Of a stretch of 64,000 bases of DNA, positions 41,101-56,100 are shown in pieces (within the stretch, counting starts at the first letter, position 1; every line of letters starts with the position of its first letter). The notes beneath the pieces were generated by a model. That model did no database searches. It had not been told where the DNA came from and saw nothing but the letters and a program-made list of their open reading frames with translations. A program made the position numbers and the translations under genes. Source of the stretch: Carcharhinus amblyrhynchos (Eukaryota). The stretch spans positions 136,152,001-136,216,000 of the forward strand of contig OZ336872.1 in the NCBI GenBank assembly GCA_965287045.1, written 5' to 3'.

Positions 41101-44100
41101 CACAGCCTTCTACACATGGCTGGGAGCAGCTGGAAGGAGCATTGGGATTGACACATGTAGCTGGACAGGCTGAGCCACACTGCTCATAGTGACTATTCAC
41201 TGCACACTTCAAAGCTAGAAACGGAATTCCAAAGATCACGCATTAATGACCTTGCCATTAAATCCCTGCCGTATAACATGAAATCCCAAATGGTTCAAAC
41301 GGATCTCCACTAAGTACAATTTATATATCGAGCAATAAAGAATCAAATCACTTACGGCAGAAGGTCTCATTCCTCCAAGCTTCCACTCTCACTCCCTTCG
41401 ACTGGCATGTATCTGCATAGGACTGCAAACTACTGCACAGAGACCCCGTATGCAAGTCTAATGCACACAGATCATACACACAGCCCCCAAAATAATCCAT
41501 GGGGTCTACAACAGAATGGCATGCCTTGAAGGGACCACGTGAATCCACGATTATTCCACAGTAAGATTTACTTTCTATGATGTGCTTTTCATCATCAGTA
41601 CAATTTGGTTCAATGCCAATGTCAGGAACACACCTGCAAAAACAGCAGCATCACCAATGAGAAATGGTTAAAGCTATAAATTTCTGCAAGTAAATGCCAC
41701 CAAAAGCCTGCATTGATGAAGGAACAAAAGCAACCTGAACACTTTCATACAATGTACCTTGTATCATTGTGGGTTTGCCAGCTGTTTCCCAAGCTGATGG
41801 AATCGGGCTCCATCACTCCATCTGGATTGAGGAAATCGTCTGTTCTGTCGTCGTTATAGTTCCCGCACATTCCACACACTTTCCCCTTGAAGACACTGCC
41901 AAGAGTTACCTCTGCTCGATGCATCCCATCAAACCTCACCCTCAGTCCAAAATTGGTACTAACAACTACATACTTTCCACTTAGGCCAACATCAACACCA
42001 GAAGCCAGTGACACAGGCAGCACCTCCACTTCTCCATCGACCTGGAGAGACACAAACATTGATCCACCCATTCTTCAAAAAAATGACCGTTCAACGTACT
42101 TGATAAAGAGATGAAAATATATCAAACTCTTACCTTGACCACGTGTCCCTTCTCTAATGTTATTCTGTGACTGTAGACATTGACGTTGACACGTTTGACG
42201 TACGATACATAGGAATTCCCTGATCTGTGCTCATTTGCAGCTTCAACATTGAAATAGGGCAGATTACTGCTGGCGTCACAGAGTTTTGATAATGTATATG
42301 TGCATGTTCCCATGAAGTTGTGAGCTTGTTTGTCAAAGGTGTTGTAATGAGGATCACCTTGTACAGTGCAGGATGATTCTAAGAATTGTAAAACAAAGAT
42401 CAATTGGTGGTACCACTGTACATCCAAGACTAAATTCAATTCTTTTACACTCCACCTCACTGCTCTTTACTTTTTCCACATGTTGACTACATTGTGACTG
42501 CTATCTTTTACTGACAAGATATTGTTGTCACTCGCTCACATCATTAAATCACTCAACTCCTTCTAAATGATTCCATCCTGCCAGGACTTATGCTTCTGTC
42601 ATGAGCATTTCCCCATCCATTTCAGGCAACACAATCCTGAAAGGCTGGATTCCTCCTGCTGCTCCTTCAGTTTGTGCCATGTAACAGGTCCACTGTTAAA
42701 TGTACTAAACCTGCTTGATAACTGAAAAGCTCTTTGAGCAGATAAACAAGTGATACTCACAAGAGCACAGTCCAGCAACAACATCTACTAGACCATCCAA
42801 ACATACTCATATCACACCAAATCTTCCATAAAGTCAATTTCAGTTAATAACCACAATTGGGACATTTGGCAAAATCTTTTGTTCTCCCTGCTGACAAGCT
42901 TAGAGGCAGGAAGGCATTGAAGTAAACGGTTTTGTGGAGTATCGCAACCCTACTACCATCCCGCCTGCGTCAGAATTAATTTCTGGTGACAAGACCCATT
43001 ATCATTTCTAAAAAGTGGAATGGCATCTGTGATATTCCGATTCAATTAATCAAAACTGATTAATTGGTCAATACAAATATAGGATGGGTGAAAAAGTAGC
43101 CGTCTCTAATTGTCTACCACCAACTCAAAGTAAATGAGACTTGAATAAGAATAGCACAATCAATATCCCACATCACATGTCGGCTGCTTTCGTCTACCTG
43201 TTGTGTCAGGAGTCATGGTGCTGGTTGTAGTTGGAGTGCTCATTGTGGCTGTTGTATCACACATGTCTGCAGAGAAAACATGGTTAAAAAGTCAGAAGAA
43301 GCTCCATGTTGCAAACATAAGAACGTAAGAACATAAGAAATAGGAGCAGGAGTAGGCCATCTAGCCCTTCGAGCCTGCCCCGCCATTCAATAAGATCATG
43401 GCTGATCTGTCGTGGCTCAGTTCCACTTTCCCGCCCTCTCCCCATAACCCTTAATCCCCTCTCTTATCAAAAACCCATCAACCCGCGTCTTAAAAATATT
43501 TAGCGAGGCAGCCTCCACCACTTCAACGGGCAGAACAAATCAAGTCAACTTTCCACACTCACCCAATGTGGAAAAAGGAACAGGACAACATGTTATGAGG
43601 AGAGACAGGAAACACCAAAGCTAAAACCAGTGCTGGCCACAGAGGGGGTGTTCCCTCTGTCTGGCAAATCTCAAACACAGGAACACAATCTTAGGGTAAG
43701 GTGTCAATCATTTTGGATTGTAATGAGAAGAAATTATCTTACTCTTGGAATTGTGAATCTTGCAATTCTCCATCCAAGAATGCTGTGGGCTTGCTATCGT
43801 TCAGTATACCTCAGGCCGACATAAAAGAAATTTGGAAATCTCAGGGAATCCAGGGAACCGTGGAGCAGCTTGGAAAGTAGAGCTGAGGCTGAAGATCAGC
43901 CATGATCACATGCAATGGACTAGCCGGATCAAGGGGCTGCACAGTCTGCTCCTGCTCCAATTGCTTAAGATCTCATCTTCATCAACGTTTAAGTCACATA
44001 CCCAATGAATCACAATATACATCAGAAAACTAGACATGTCTACAAACCTCCACAACATCCAGTATGAAAGGAGATGTCATCCACAGCAATGTCACTGCGA

Positions 44101-47100
44101 TAGTCATTGCCCCGGACTGCTTCAATGAGGATCTGTAAGAGAAAGCATCAAAATATCAGCACGCAGCAGATAGCAACAGCAAGTCAAACAAAACAATTTC
44201 AGATCTCCTTTTCAGTAACACTGGGGAACAGGGTAAATAATCAATTCATTATTTTCTTGATACAACCACAGTTATCTCCTCTGATTTAAAATTAACAAGT
44301 TCAACTTTATTTGAAGATATAGAATCTTTATTGGATTTCCGGCTGTTGTTGCAAATTGCCCGAGTTCATCACATAACAAAAACCAAAAACAATCACACAA
44401 ATATTTTTCAGATAGTTTACCTGAGAATTTCCTGAGAGCTGCAGGCCCACTTCTCCTGCAATCCATTTGTTTCCCTTATTTCCTGTCTTTGACCACATTA
44501 GTGCTGGTATCCCTTCTTCAACCTGGTAAACTTTCAAAGCCATGCTATGAGCCACTCCATACATGTGGTACCAGAATCGCAAGCACTGAGCTCCTGTCAT
44601 TTTGCATGGAGAACTGACCAGTTGCGCTCTGTCTCCTTCACGGCCGTCATTTCCTTCAATGTAGATGTAGTAACCACCTGGACACACAATTATGCTCACT
44701 GGTTAGAAACAAATCTTCTGCTCTTCCAAGCCCTACTGGTAAGATAAGCACCTCACATTGCCTACCTGCAGTGGTGTGGTCATAAGACGGGCCTGTGTGA
44801 CTTGACGGTGTCGAACCACTGATGCGTTTCCAGTCCAAATTATCTGTTTTGGATTGAGTCCAATTGCACAGACCAACATCAAAATTACAGTCCAATGCAC
44901 AACCTGTGGGTTTCATACACAACAGTTATTTGCACCTTTAATACCCGCAGCGTTAACCAGAAATCAAAACAGGTAAAACCATCGCAAGGAAGTTCCATAG
45001 GAATCACAATCATCTCGACTGGAAACAGTTTCAAAGTTCTCCACACTTCCTTTCGAAGAATATCCAGGCCAATATGACAGAGCAAATCAATGACAGAATT
45101 ATTCAATTCATGCAAGAAAAGGCAGAACATCTTACATTCCTTATAACTGACATACTGGGTGTTGCGGCTCTGCCCACTGCACTTTGGTGATGAGATTCCT
45201 GTGTTGGAAATCATGTATATTCAATCACCAAATACAGTGCGCTAGGAGGATTTGGTAGCTTTTCATTGGGCATTATGTGAATAGTCAAATAGACTTCCAT
45301 TTTTATGAGTTACCCTGCCTCTGCAAAATTAACAAGTAGCCTCAGTAGCCCAGAAGAATTAGTCCTTTCTGTTGCAGATCCACACTACAACCATTCAGCA
45401 CGAGATTGACTGAATCCTCCGTTCTCGTCCTAATGATGTTCCAGAAACATCACCCAAACGTACTCCAGGGATCACGTTTCAATTGATGACCAGAAATGAA
45501 CAAATATTTAAGAATTACTATTTCAAAAGAACCTGTGCTGAATATATATAAAAGAATGGTAAAAAGTGATGACCTCAACATCAACAGAATAAGTCAACTA
45601 TTCATGGACGTAGCTAATTATTAACAATGGGAATGTGTTTGGAAGGGAAATTGTGACTTATCCATATTACTCATTAGGAGTCACAGAATCACAGAGGTTT
45701 ACAGCATGGAAACAGGCACTTCGGCCCAACTTGTCCATGCCGCCCTTTTGTTCAAACCCCTAAGCTAGTTCCAATTTCCCGCATTTGGCCCATATCCCTC
45801 TGTATCCATCTTACCCATGTAATGCTTTTTAAAAGGAAGCCTGAGAAATACAATAGTGGAAAAGAACAAGTCAAGATACGTGATATCAAACTTACTTTTC
45901 TCAACACAGCCACTCTGTTCCATCCAGTCTCCCAGAACAACACCAACTGCTTCACAGGCTGAAGCATATGATGCCAGAGCATTGCACAGCAGCGCAGAAT
46001 CTCCTCCAGTAGCACAGTGGTCATACACACAACTTTCAAAGTACAACTGAGGAGGAATATACCAGTGACAATCTTTGAAAGGGCCACTGTTTGCCAAAAT
46101 AATTTTGCAGTATTCCTCAGCCTCTTCATTTGATGATGGCTCACAGGTGGGTGGTGGTAGAATGGTTTCATTACACCTGTGCAAGGAAAATCAAGTATAA
46201 TTTCTGTCCTCAAGAAAGAAAGCTCTCATTTTAATTCATCATCCTCAAACGTCAATGGATAGGGATAGGTGCTGTCAAAATAGCTCCCTCACAATACATC
46301 CAAAGGCATGATGTTCTTCGATGATGCCTCTGTGATATTTCAATGTCATATATGTCAATAACAATACTGGAAAATTGGTTTCAAGTATTCACTGCAAACC
46401 ACAGTGATTGAACACGACCAACAGCACATGCTCATGTGGACACTTACAGGAAATCCCGGACTTGCCATCGTGCAAATTAGTTGTTTTTACATCAATCGAC
46501 TACTCCGCTTACTCTACTTACTGCCATAGCTCCCAACTCTGTGCAAAGGTCTTGCGAGTTACACTGCATTTACCTTAATTCACAATACGGTGCAGGAAAT
46601 ACTCACAGCCAGTCATCATCAGGAACTCTCCAGCTGTTTCCAAACTGATTGGAATCCAGGGCTAAAGTTCCATCAGGCTTCAAGAAGTCATCGAGCTGGT
46701 CATCAGTATAGGTACCACACAAGCCACACAGCTGTCCTCTGTATCTCTCATCCACCTTGACAAACAGTTCGGCATCGCCATTAAACTTCAGCTGAAGACC
46801 AAAGTCTGTCTGGACCGTGACAAATGATCCCTCCATTGATACTCTTACTGAAGAGTGGAGATTCACAGGGAGCTCAACCCTCACCCCATTCACCTAAACA
46901 AAACATTACCAAGATTAGTGATACGACAGTAACAAAGACAGGAACTACATTACATTCAACATTATATTCATTCAGAAAACACCATCGATCAGAGGCATTA
47001 CTCACATAAACAAGCTTATTTTTCCTCACAGCAATATGAAGGTCGTCAAGTCGCAAAGCAATGGAATTAATAGCAGACCACGTTGGGCTGCCTCTGTGTT

Positions 47101-50100
47101 CATTTCTACTTGTCACAGAAAACTGAACGGGTGTGTTTCCACAAGTCTCAGTCACGGTATAATTGCAGGCACCCTGGAAGTGGTACAGTTTCCTGTCAAA
47201 TGTCGTGTAGTGTGGGTCTCCGTAAATGTGGCAGGTTGCAGTCTCTGCTCGATAACATCCCAAATTTCCATCCTGCACTTTGCAAATTTCCTCTGCTCCA
47301 CAAGATGCTGCTTCGCACGAGACCTGGTCATTTCCAGTGCACCGGCAACGCTTTAGACATCCCTCTTCCCAGAACATGGTCCCTTTCTGACAGACAAAGA
47401 CTAAGTGTTATTTTCAAAATTGCTACATACTCCTCAGGTAAGCAGAAAGACGCACACACAAGGATCGAATGGCACCAAAACCACTGCCCGTACAACTTAC
47501 TTCATAGTATTTGTTGTTGTAGACGCAGCCACAGTTCTCAACAGGCACACAGGAGCTTCCACTGAGAACAGTACCCATGTTACATTCACAGTCCTCCACA
47601 CAGGGCTTGCTGCAGTTTTCCGGAGCAAAACGGTCTGAGCATGTGGCTGGACAAGCACTGCCACACGCATTGTAGTGGCTATTAACTGGACAGCTGACAG
47701 CTGAAAGCAAAGAAGGTACAAGAAAAGCTTTCAGGTTTCTGAGACTAGAAAATGCTTTCAATTATGAGACAACTCAGAAGGAAGGAAAACACACACACAC
47801 ACGCACACACACTCTTATTGAATTCAACTGGATCAAAAGAATGGAAAATAGAAAAGCAAGCACATAAACAAATTGAATTAAAAGAACTGGACAGCAAGTC
47901 TGTAACAAAATGAACAATATAACGCAATATCACAAAAACAGTGACTTTCTCAGGCACATGAAGGAAATATTAAAGCTAAAACAACAGGAGATAGCAAATA
48001 CATACGACAGAAAGTGAAGTTTCTCCACGATGGAATGGTCACTCCTGCACTTTGACACGCTTCTGCATAGATTTGGAGGGCATTGCACAGAGCATTTTGG
48101 CTTCCTGCCAACAGGCACAGTTCGACAACACAACTTTCAAAGTAACCAGTGGGATTTATTACAGAGTGGCACTTTACAAATGGACCTTCTTGGCTGGTCA
48201 TCAGGCCACAGAAATCATCGCTCTGGTACAGCTTCTCATCAGCAGGCGGACATTCCTCAGGGCTGCCTGGGTCACAACCTGGATCATCTGGTGGCACCTT
48301 CCAGCTATTTCCCAACTCATTCGAATCTTTGGCTTGCTCTCCATCAGGTTTCATGTAATCATCCTGCCTCAATCCATTGTAGTTACCGCACATACCACAA
48401 GTCTGATTAAAATAACTACTCGGTACTTTCACTTCCACCGAATGATCAGTGTCATAGGAAACACTAAGCCCAAAGTCTGCCACCAGGACCACGTATCTTC
48501 CACTCCTACTCACACTCACGGTGCCATTCACTACTGTCACTGGTAACGTCCTCCAAACTTCGTCAACCTGAGTGCAAGTTCCAATTGAGGAATGATTCAG
48601 AACAAATTCAGTTCAAAATGCAGAATTTCACAAAACACAACCTAGCAATAAGACACTTACCAATACACGATGCGACTCACTCTTAACGATCCAAACAGTG
48701 TGGCCATGAACAGCTACTCGAACTTTTTGAACGTAAGACACTTTCGCATTGCCCCGATTTTCATTTTTCGCTTCGATGTCGAAGTATGGAAGAGATGAGG
48801 AATTTGTGCAAAGCTTGGCGATCGTATAGGTGCACGTCCCCATGAAGTGATGGGTCGCTTTGTCAAACGTATTGTAGTGTGGGTCATTATGAACTCTGCA
48901 GATGCCATATGCATGTGGGTAGCAACCTGGAACTCCGTTTGCAACTCCGCAGAATGAATCCGTAGCACACCCTGAACTCCAGCACATTAGTTTACTGCCC
49001 TTCGAAGGACATCGACATTTCATTGAACATGTATCATCCGTCCAGAATTCAGATCCCACCGGGTAGTGTTTGTCTTCAGACCAACAGCCACACTGACTAC
49101 TTGGCACACATCGGTCGTTGTAGAAAATATAACCACTGTCACACACACAGCCTTCTACACATGGCTGGGAGCAGCTGGAAGGAGCATTGGGATTGACACA
49201 TGTAGCTGGACAGGCTGAGCCACACTGCTCATAGTGACTATTCACTGCACACTTCAAAGCTAGAAACGGAATTCCAAAGATCACGCATTAATGACCTTGC
49301 CATTAAATCCCTGCCGTATAACATGAAATCCCAAATGGTTCAAACGGATCTCCACTAAGTACAATTTATATATCGAGCAATAAAGAATCAAATCACTTAC
49401 GGCAGAAGGTCTCATTCCTCCAAGCTTCCACTCTCACTCCCTTCGACTGGCATGTATCTGCATAGGACTGCAAACTACTGCACAGAGACCCCGTATGCAA
49501 GTCTAATGCACACAGATCATACACACAGCCCCCAAAATAATCCATGGGGTCTACAACAGAATGGCATGCCTTGAAGGGACCACGTGAATCCACGATTATT
49601 CCACAGTAAGATTTACTTTCTATGATGTGCTTTTCATCATCAGTACAATTTGGTTCAATGCCAATGTCAGGAACACACCTGCAAAAACAGCAGCATCACC
49701 AATGAGAAATGGTTAAAGCTATAAATTTCTGCAAGTAAATGCCACCAAAAGCCTGCATTGATGAAGGAACAAAAGCAACCTGAACACTTTCATACAATGT
49801 ACCTTGTATCATTGTGGGTTTGCCAGCTGTTTCCCAAGCTGATGGAATCGGGCTCCATCACTCCATCTGGATTGAGGAAATCGTCTGTTCTGTCGTCGTT
49901 ATAGTTCCCGCACATTCCACACACTTTCCCCTTGAAGACACTGCCAAGAGTTACCTCTGCTCGATGCATCCCATCAAACCTCACCCTCAGTCCAAAATTG
50001 GTACTAACAACTACATACTTTCCACTTAGGCCAACATCAACACCAGAAGCCAGTGACACAGGCAGCACCTCCACTTCTCCATCGACCTGGAGAGACACAA

Positions 50101-53100
50101 ACATTGATCCACCCATTCTTCAAAAAAATGACCGTTCAACGTACTTGATAAAGAGATGAAAATATATCAAACTCTTACCTTGACCACGTGTCCCTTCTCT
50201 AATGTTATTCTGTGACTGTAGACATTGACGTTGACACGTTTGACGTACGATACATAGGAATTCCCTGATCTGTGCTCATTTGCAGCTTCAACATTGAAAT
50301 AGGGCAGATTACTGCTGGCGTCACAGAGTTTTGATAATGTATATGTGCATGTTCCCATGAAGTTGTGAGCTTGTTTGTCAAAGGTGTTGTAATGAGGATC
50401 ACCTTGTACAGTGCAGGATGATTCTAAGAATTGTAAAACAAAGATCAATTGGTGGTACCACTGTACATCCAAGACTAAATTCAATTCTTTTACACTCCAC
50501 CTCACTGCTCTTTACTTTTTCCACATGTTGACTACATTGTGACTGCTATCTTTTACTGACAAGATATTGTTGTCACTCGCTCACATCATTAAATCACTCA
50601 ACTCCTTCTAAATGATTCCATCCTGCCAGGACTTATGCTTCTGTCATGAGCATTTCCCCATCCATTTCAGGCAACACAATCCTGAAAGGCTGGATTCCTC
50701 CTGCTGCTCCTTCAGTTTGTGCCATGTAACAGGTCCACTGTTAAATGTACTAAACCTGCTTGATAACTGAAAAGCTCTTTGAGCAGATAAACAAGTGATA
50801 CTCACAAGAGCACAGTCCAGCAACAACATCTACTAGACCATCCAAACATACTCATATCACACCAAATCTTCCATAAAGTCAATTTCAGTTAATAACCACA
50901 ATTGGGACATTTGGCAAAATCTTTTGTTCTCCCTGCTGACAAGCTTAGAGGCAGGAAGGCATTGAAGTAAACGGTTTTGTGGAGTATCGCAACCCTACTA
51001 CCATCCCGCCTGCGTCAGAATTAATTTCTGGTGACAAGACCCATTATCATTTCTAAAAAGTGGAATGGCATCTGTGATATTCCGATTCAATTAATCAAAA
51101 CTGATTAATTGGTCAATACAAATATAGGATGGGTGAAAAAGTAGCCGTCTCTAATTGTCTACCACCAACTCAAAGTAAATGAGACTTGAATAAGAATAGC
51201 ACAATCAATATCCCACATCACATGTCGGCTGCTTTCGTCTACCTGTTGTGTCAGGAGTCATGGTGCTGGTTGTAGTTGGAGTGCTCATTGTGGCTGTTGT
51301 ATCACACATGTCTGCAGAGAAAACATGGTTAAAAAGTCAGAAGAAGCTCCATGTTGCAAACATAAGAACGTAAGAACATAAGAAATAGGAGCAGGAGTAG
51401 GCCATCTAGCCCTTCGAGCCTGCCCCGCCATTCAATAAGATCATGGCTGATCTGTCGTGGCTCAGTTCCACTTTCCCGCCCTCTCCCCATAACCCTTAAT
51501 CCCCTCTCTTATCAAAAACCCATCAACCCGCGTCTTAAAAATATTTAGCGAGGCAGCCTCCACCACTTCAACGGGCAGAACAAATCAAGTCAACTTTCCA
51601 CACTCACCCAATGTGGAAAAAGGAACAGGACAACATGTTATGAGGAGAGACAGGAAACACCAAAGCTAAAACCAGTGCTGGCCACAGAGGGGGTGTTCCC
51701 TCTGTCTGGCAAATCTCAAACACAGGAACACAATCTTAGGGTAAGGTGTCAATCATTTTGGATTGTAATGAGAAGAAATTATCTTACTCTTGGAATTGTG
51801 AATCTTGCAATTCTCCATCCAAGAATGCTGTGGGCTTGCTATCGTTCAGTATACCTCAGGCCGACATAAAAGAAATTTGGAAATCTCAGGGAATCCAGGG
51901 AACCGTGGAGCAGCTTGGAAAGTAGAGCTGAGGCTGAAGATCAGCCATGATCACATGCAATGGACTAGCCGGATCAAGGGGCTGCACAGTCTGCTCCTGC
52001 TCCAATTGCTTAAGATCTCATCTTCATCAACGTTTAAGTCACATACCCAATGAATCACAATATACATCAGAAAACTAGACATGTCTACAAACCTCCACAA
52101 CATCCAGTATGAAAGGAGATGTCATCCACAGCAATGTCACTGCGATAGTCATTGCCCCGGACTGCTTCAATGAGGATCTGTAAGAGAAAGCATCAAAATA
52201 TCAGCACGCAGCAGATAGCAACAGCAAGTCAAACAAAACAATTTCAGATCTCCTTTTCAGTAACACTGGGGAACAGGGTAAATAATCAATTCATTATTTT
52301 CTTGATACAACCACAGTTATCTCCTCTGATTTAAAATTAACAAGTTCAACTTTATTTGAAGATATAGAATCTTTATTGGATTTCCGGCTGTTGTTGCAAA
52401 TTGCCCGAGTTCATCACATAACAAAAACCAAAAACAATCACACAAATATTTTTCAGATAGTTTACCTGAGAATTTCCTGAGAGCTGCAGGCCCACTTCTC
52501 CTGCAATCCATTTGTTTCCCTTATTTCCTGTCTTTGACCACATTAGTGCTGGTATCCCTTCTTCAACCTGGTAAACTTTCAAAGCCATGCTATGAGCCAC
52601 TCCATACATGTGGTACCAGAATCGCAAGCACTGAGCTCCTGTCATTTTGCATGGAGAACTGACCAGTTGCGCTCTGTCTCCTTCACGGCCGTCATTTCCT
52701 TCAATGTAGATGTAGTAACCACCTGGACACACAATTATGCTCACTGGTTAGAAACAAATCTTCTGCTCTTCCAAGCCCTACTGGTAAGATAAGCACCTCA
52801 CATTGCCTACCTGCAGTGGTGTGGTCATAAGACGGGCCTGTGTGACTTGACGGTGTCGAACCACTGATGCGTTTCCAGTCCAAATTATCTGTTTTGGATT
52901 GAGTCCAATTGCACAGACCAACATCAAAATTACAGTCCAATGCACAACCTGTGGGTTTCATACACAACAGTTATTTGCACCTTTAATACCCGCAGCGTTA
53001 ACCAGAAATCAAAACAGGTAAAACCATCGCAAGGAAGTTCCATAGGAATCACAATCATCTCGACTGGAAACAGTTTCAAAGTTCTCCACACTTCCTTTCG

Positions 53101-56100
53101 AAGAATATCCAGGCCAATATGACAGAGCAAATCAATGACAGAATTATTCAATTCATGCAAGAAAAGGCAGAACATCTTACATTCCTTATAACTGACATAC
53201 TGGGTGTTGCGGCTCTGCCCACTGCACTTTGGTGATGAGATTCCTGTGTTGGAAATCATGTATATTCAATCACCAAATACAGTGCGCTAGGAGGATTTGG
53301 TAGCTTTTCATTGGGCATTATGTGAATAGTCAAATAGACTTCCATTTTTATGAGTTACCCTGCCTCTGCAAAATTAACAAGTAGCCTCAGTAGCCCAGAA
53401 GAATTAGTCCTTTCTGTTGCAGATCCACACTACAACCATTCAGCACGAGATTGACTGAATCCTCCGTTCTCGTCCTAATGATGTTCCAGAAACATCACCC
53501 AAACGTACTCCAGGGATCACGTTTCAATTGATGACCAGAAATGAACAAATATTTAAGAATTACTATTTCAAAAGAACCTGTGCTGAATATATATAAAAGA
53601 ATGGTAAAAAGTGATGACCTCAACATCAACAGAATAAGTCAACTATTCATGGACGTAGCTAATTATTAACAATGGGAATGTGTTTGGAAGGGAAATTGTG
53701 ACTTATCCATATTACTCATTAGGAGTCACAGAATCACAGAGGTTTACAGCATGGAAACAGGCACTTCGGCCCAACTTGTCCATGCCGCCCTTTTGTTCAA
53801 ACCCCTAAGCTAGTTCCAATTTCCCGCATTTGGCCCATATCCCTCTGTATCCATCTTACCCATGTAATGCTTTTTAAAAGGAAGCCTGAGAAATACAATA
53901 GTGGAAAAGAACAAGTCAAGATACGTGATATCAAACTTACTTTTCTCAACACAGCCACTCTGTTCCATCCAGTCTCCCAGAACAACACCAACTGCTTCAC
54001 AGGCTGAAGCATATGATGCCAGAGCATTGCACAGCAGCGCAGAATCTCCTCCAGTAGCACAGTGGTCATACACACAACTTTCAAAGTACAACTGAGGAGG
54101 AATATACCAGTGACAATCTTTGAAAGGGCCACTGTTTGCCAAAATAATTTTGCAGTATTCCTCAGCCTCTTCATTTGATGATGGCTCACAGGTGGGTGGT
54201 GGTAGAATGGTTTCATTACACCTGTGCAAGGAAAATCAAGTATAATTTCTGTCCTCAAGAAAGAAAGCTCTCATTTTAATTCATCATCCTCAAACGTCAA
54301 TGGATAGGGATAGGTGCTGTCAAAATAGCTCCCTCACAATACATCCAAAGGCATGATGTTCTTCGATGATGCCTCTGTGATATTTCAATGTCATATATGT
54401 CAATAACAATACTGGAAAATTGGTTTCAAGTATTCACTGCAAACCACAGTGATTGAACACGACCAACAGCACATGCTCATGTGGACACTTACAGGAAATC
54501 CCGGACTTGCCATCGTGCAAATTAGTTGTTTTTACATCAATCGACTACTCCGCTTACTCTACTTACTGCCATAGCTCCCAACTCTGTGCAAAGGTCTTGC
54601 GAGTTACACTGCATTTACCTTAATTCACAATACGGTGCAGGAAATACTCACAGCCAGTCATCATCAGGAACTCTCCAGCTGTTTCCAAACTGATTGGAAT
54701 CCAGGGCTAAAGTTCCATCAGGCTTCAAGAAGTCATCGAGCTGGTCATCAGTATAGGTACCACACAAGCCACACAGCTGTCCTCTGTATCTCTCATCCAC
54801 CTTGACAAACAGTTCGGCATCGCCATTAAACTTCAGCTGAAGACCAAAGTCTGTCTGGACCGTGACAAATGATCCCTCCATTGATACTCTTACTGAAGAG
54901 TGGAGATTCACAGGGAGCTCAACCCTCACCCCATTCACCTAAACAAAACATTACCAAGATTAGTGATACGACAGTAACAAAGACAGGAACTACATTACAT
55001 TCAACATTATATTCATTCAGAAAACACCATCGATCAGAGGCATTACTCACATAAACAAGCTTATTTTTCCTCACAGCAATATGAAGGTCGTCAAGTCGCA
55101 AAGCAATGGAATTAATAGCAGACCACGTTGGGCTGCCTCTGTGTTCATTTCTACTTGTCACAGAAAACTGAACGGGTGTGTTTCCACAAGTCTCAGTCAC
55201 GGTATAATTGCAGGCACCCTGGAAGTGGTACAGTTTCCTGTCAAATGTCGTGTAGTGTGGGTCTCCGTAAATGTGGCAGGTTGCAGTCTCTGCTCGATAA
55301 CATCCCAAATTTCCATCCTGCACTTTGCAAATTTCCTCTGCTCCACAAGATGCTGCTTCGCACGAGACCTGGTCATTTCCAGTGCACCGGCAACGCTTTA
55401 GACATCCCTCTTCCCAGAACATGGTCCCTTTCTGACAGACAAAGACTAAGTGTTATTTTCAAAATTGCTACATACTCCTCAGGTAAGCAGAAAGACGCAC
55501 ACACAAGGATCGAATGGCACCAAAACCACTGCCCGTACAACTTACTTCATAGTATTTGTTGTTGTAGACGCAGCCACAGTTCTCAACAGGCACACAGGAG
55601 CTTCCACTGAGAACAGTACCCATGTTACATTCACAGTCCTCCACACAGGGCTTGCTGCAGTTTTCCGGAGCAAAACGGTCTGAGCATGTGGCTGGACAAG
55701 CACTGCCACACGCATTGTAGTGGCTATTAACTGGACAGCTGACAGCTGAAAGCAAAGAAGGTACAAGAAAAGCTTTCAGGTTTCTGAGACTAGAAAATGC
55801 TTTCAATTATGAGACAACTCAGAAGGAAGGAAAACACACACACACACGCACACACACTCTTATTGAATTCAACTGGATCAAAAGAATGGAAAATAGAAAA
55901 GCAAGCACATAAACAAATTGAATTAAAAGAACTGGACAGCAAGTCTGTAACAAAATGAACAATATAACGCAATATCACAAAAACAGTGACTTTCTCAGGC
56001 ACATGAAGGAAATATTAAAGCTAAAACAACAGGAGATAGCAAATACATACGACAGAAAGTGAAGTTTCTCCACGATGGAATGGTCACTCCTGCACTTTGA

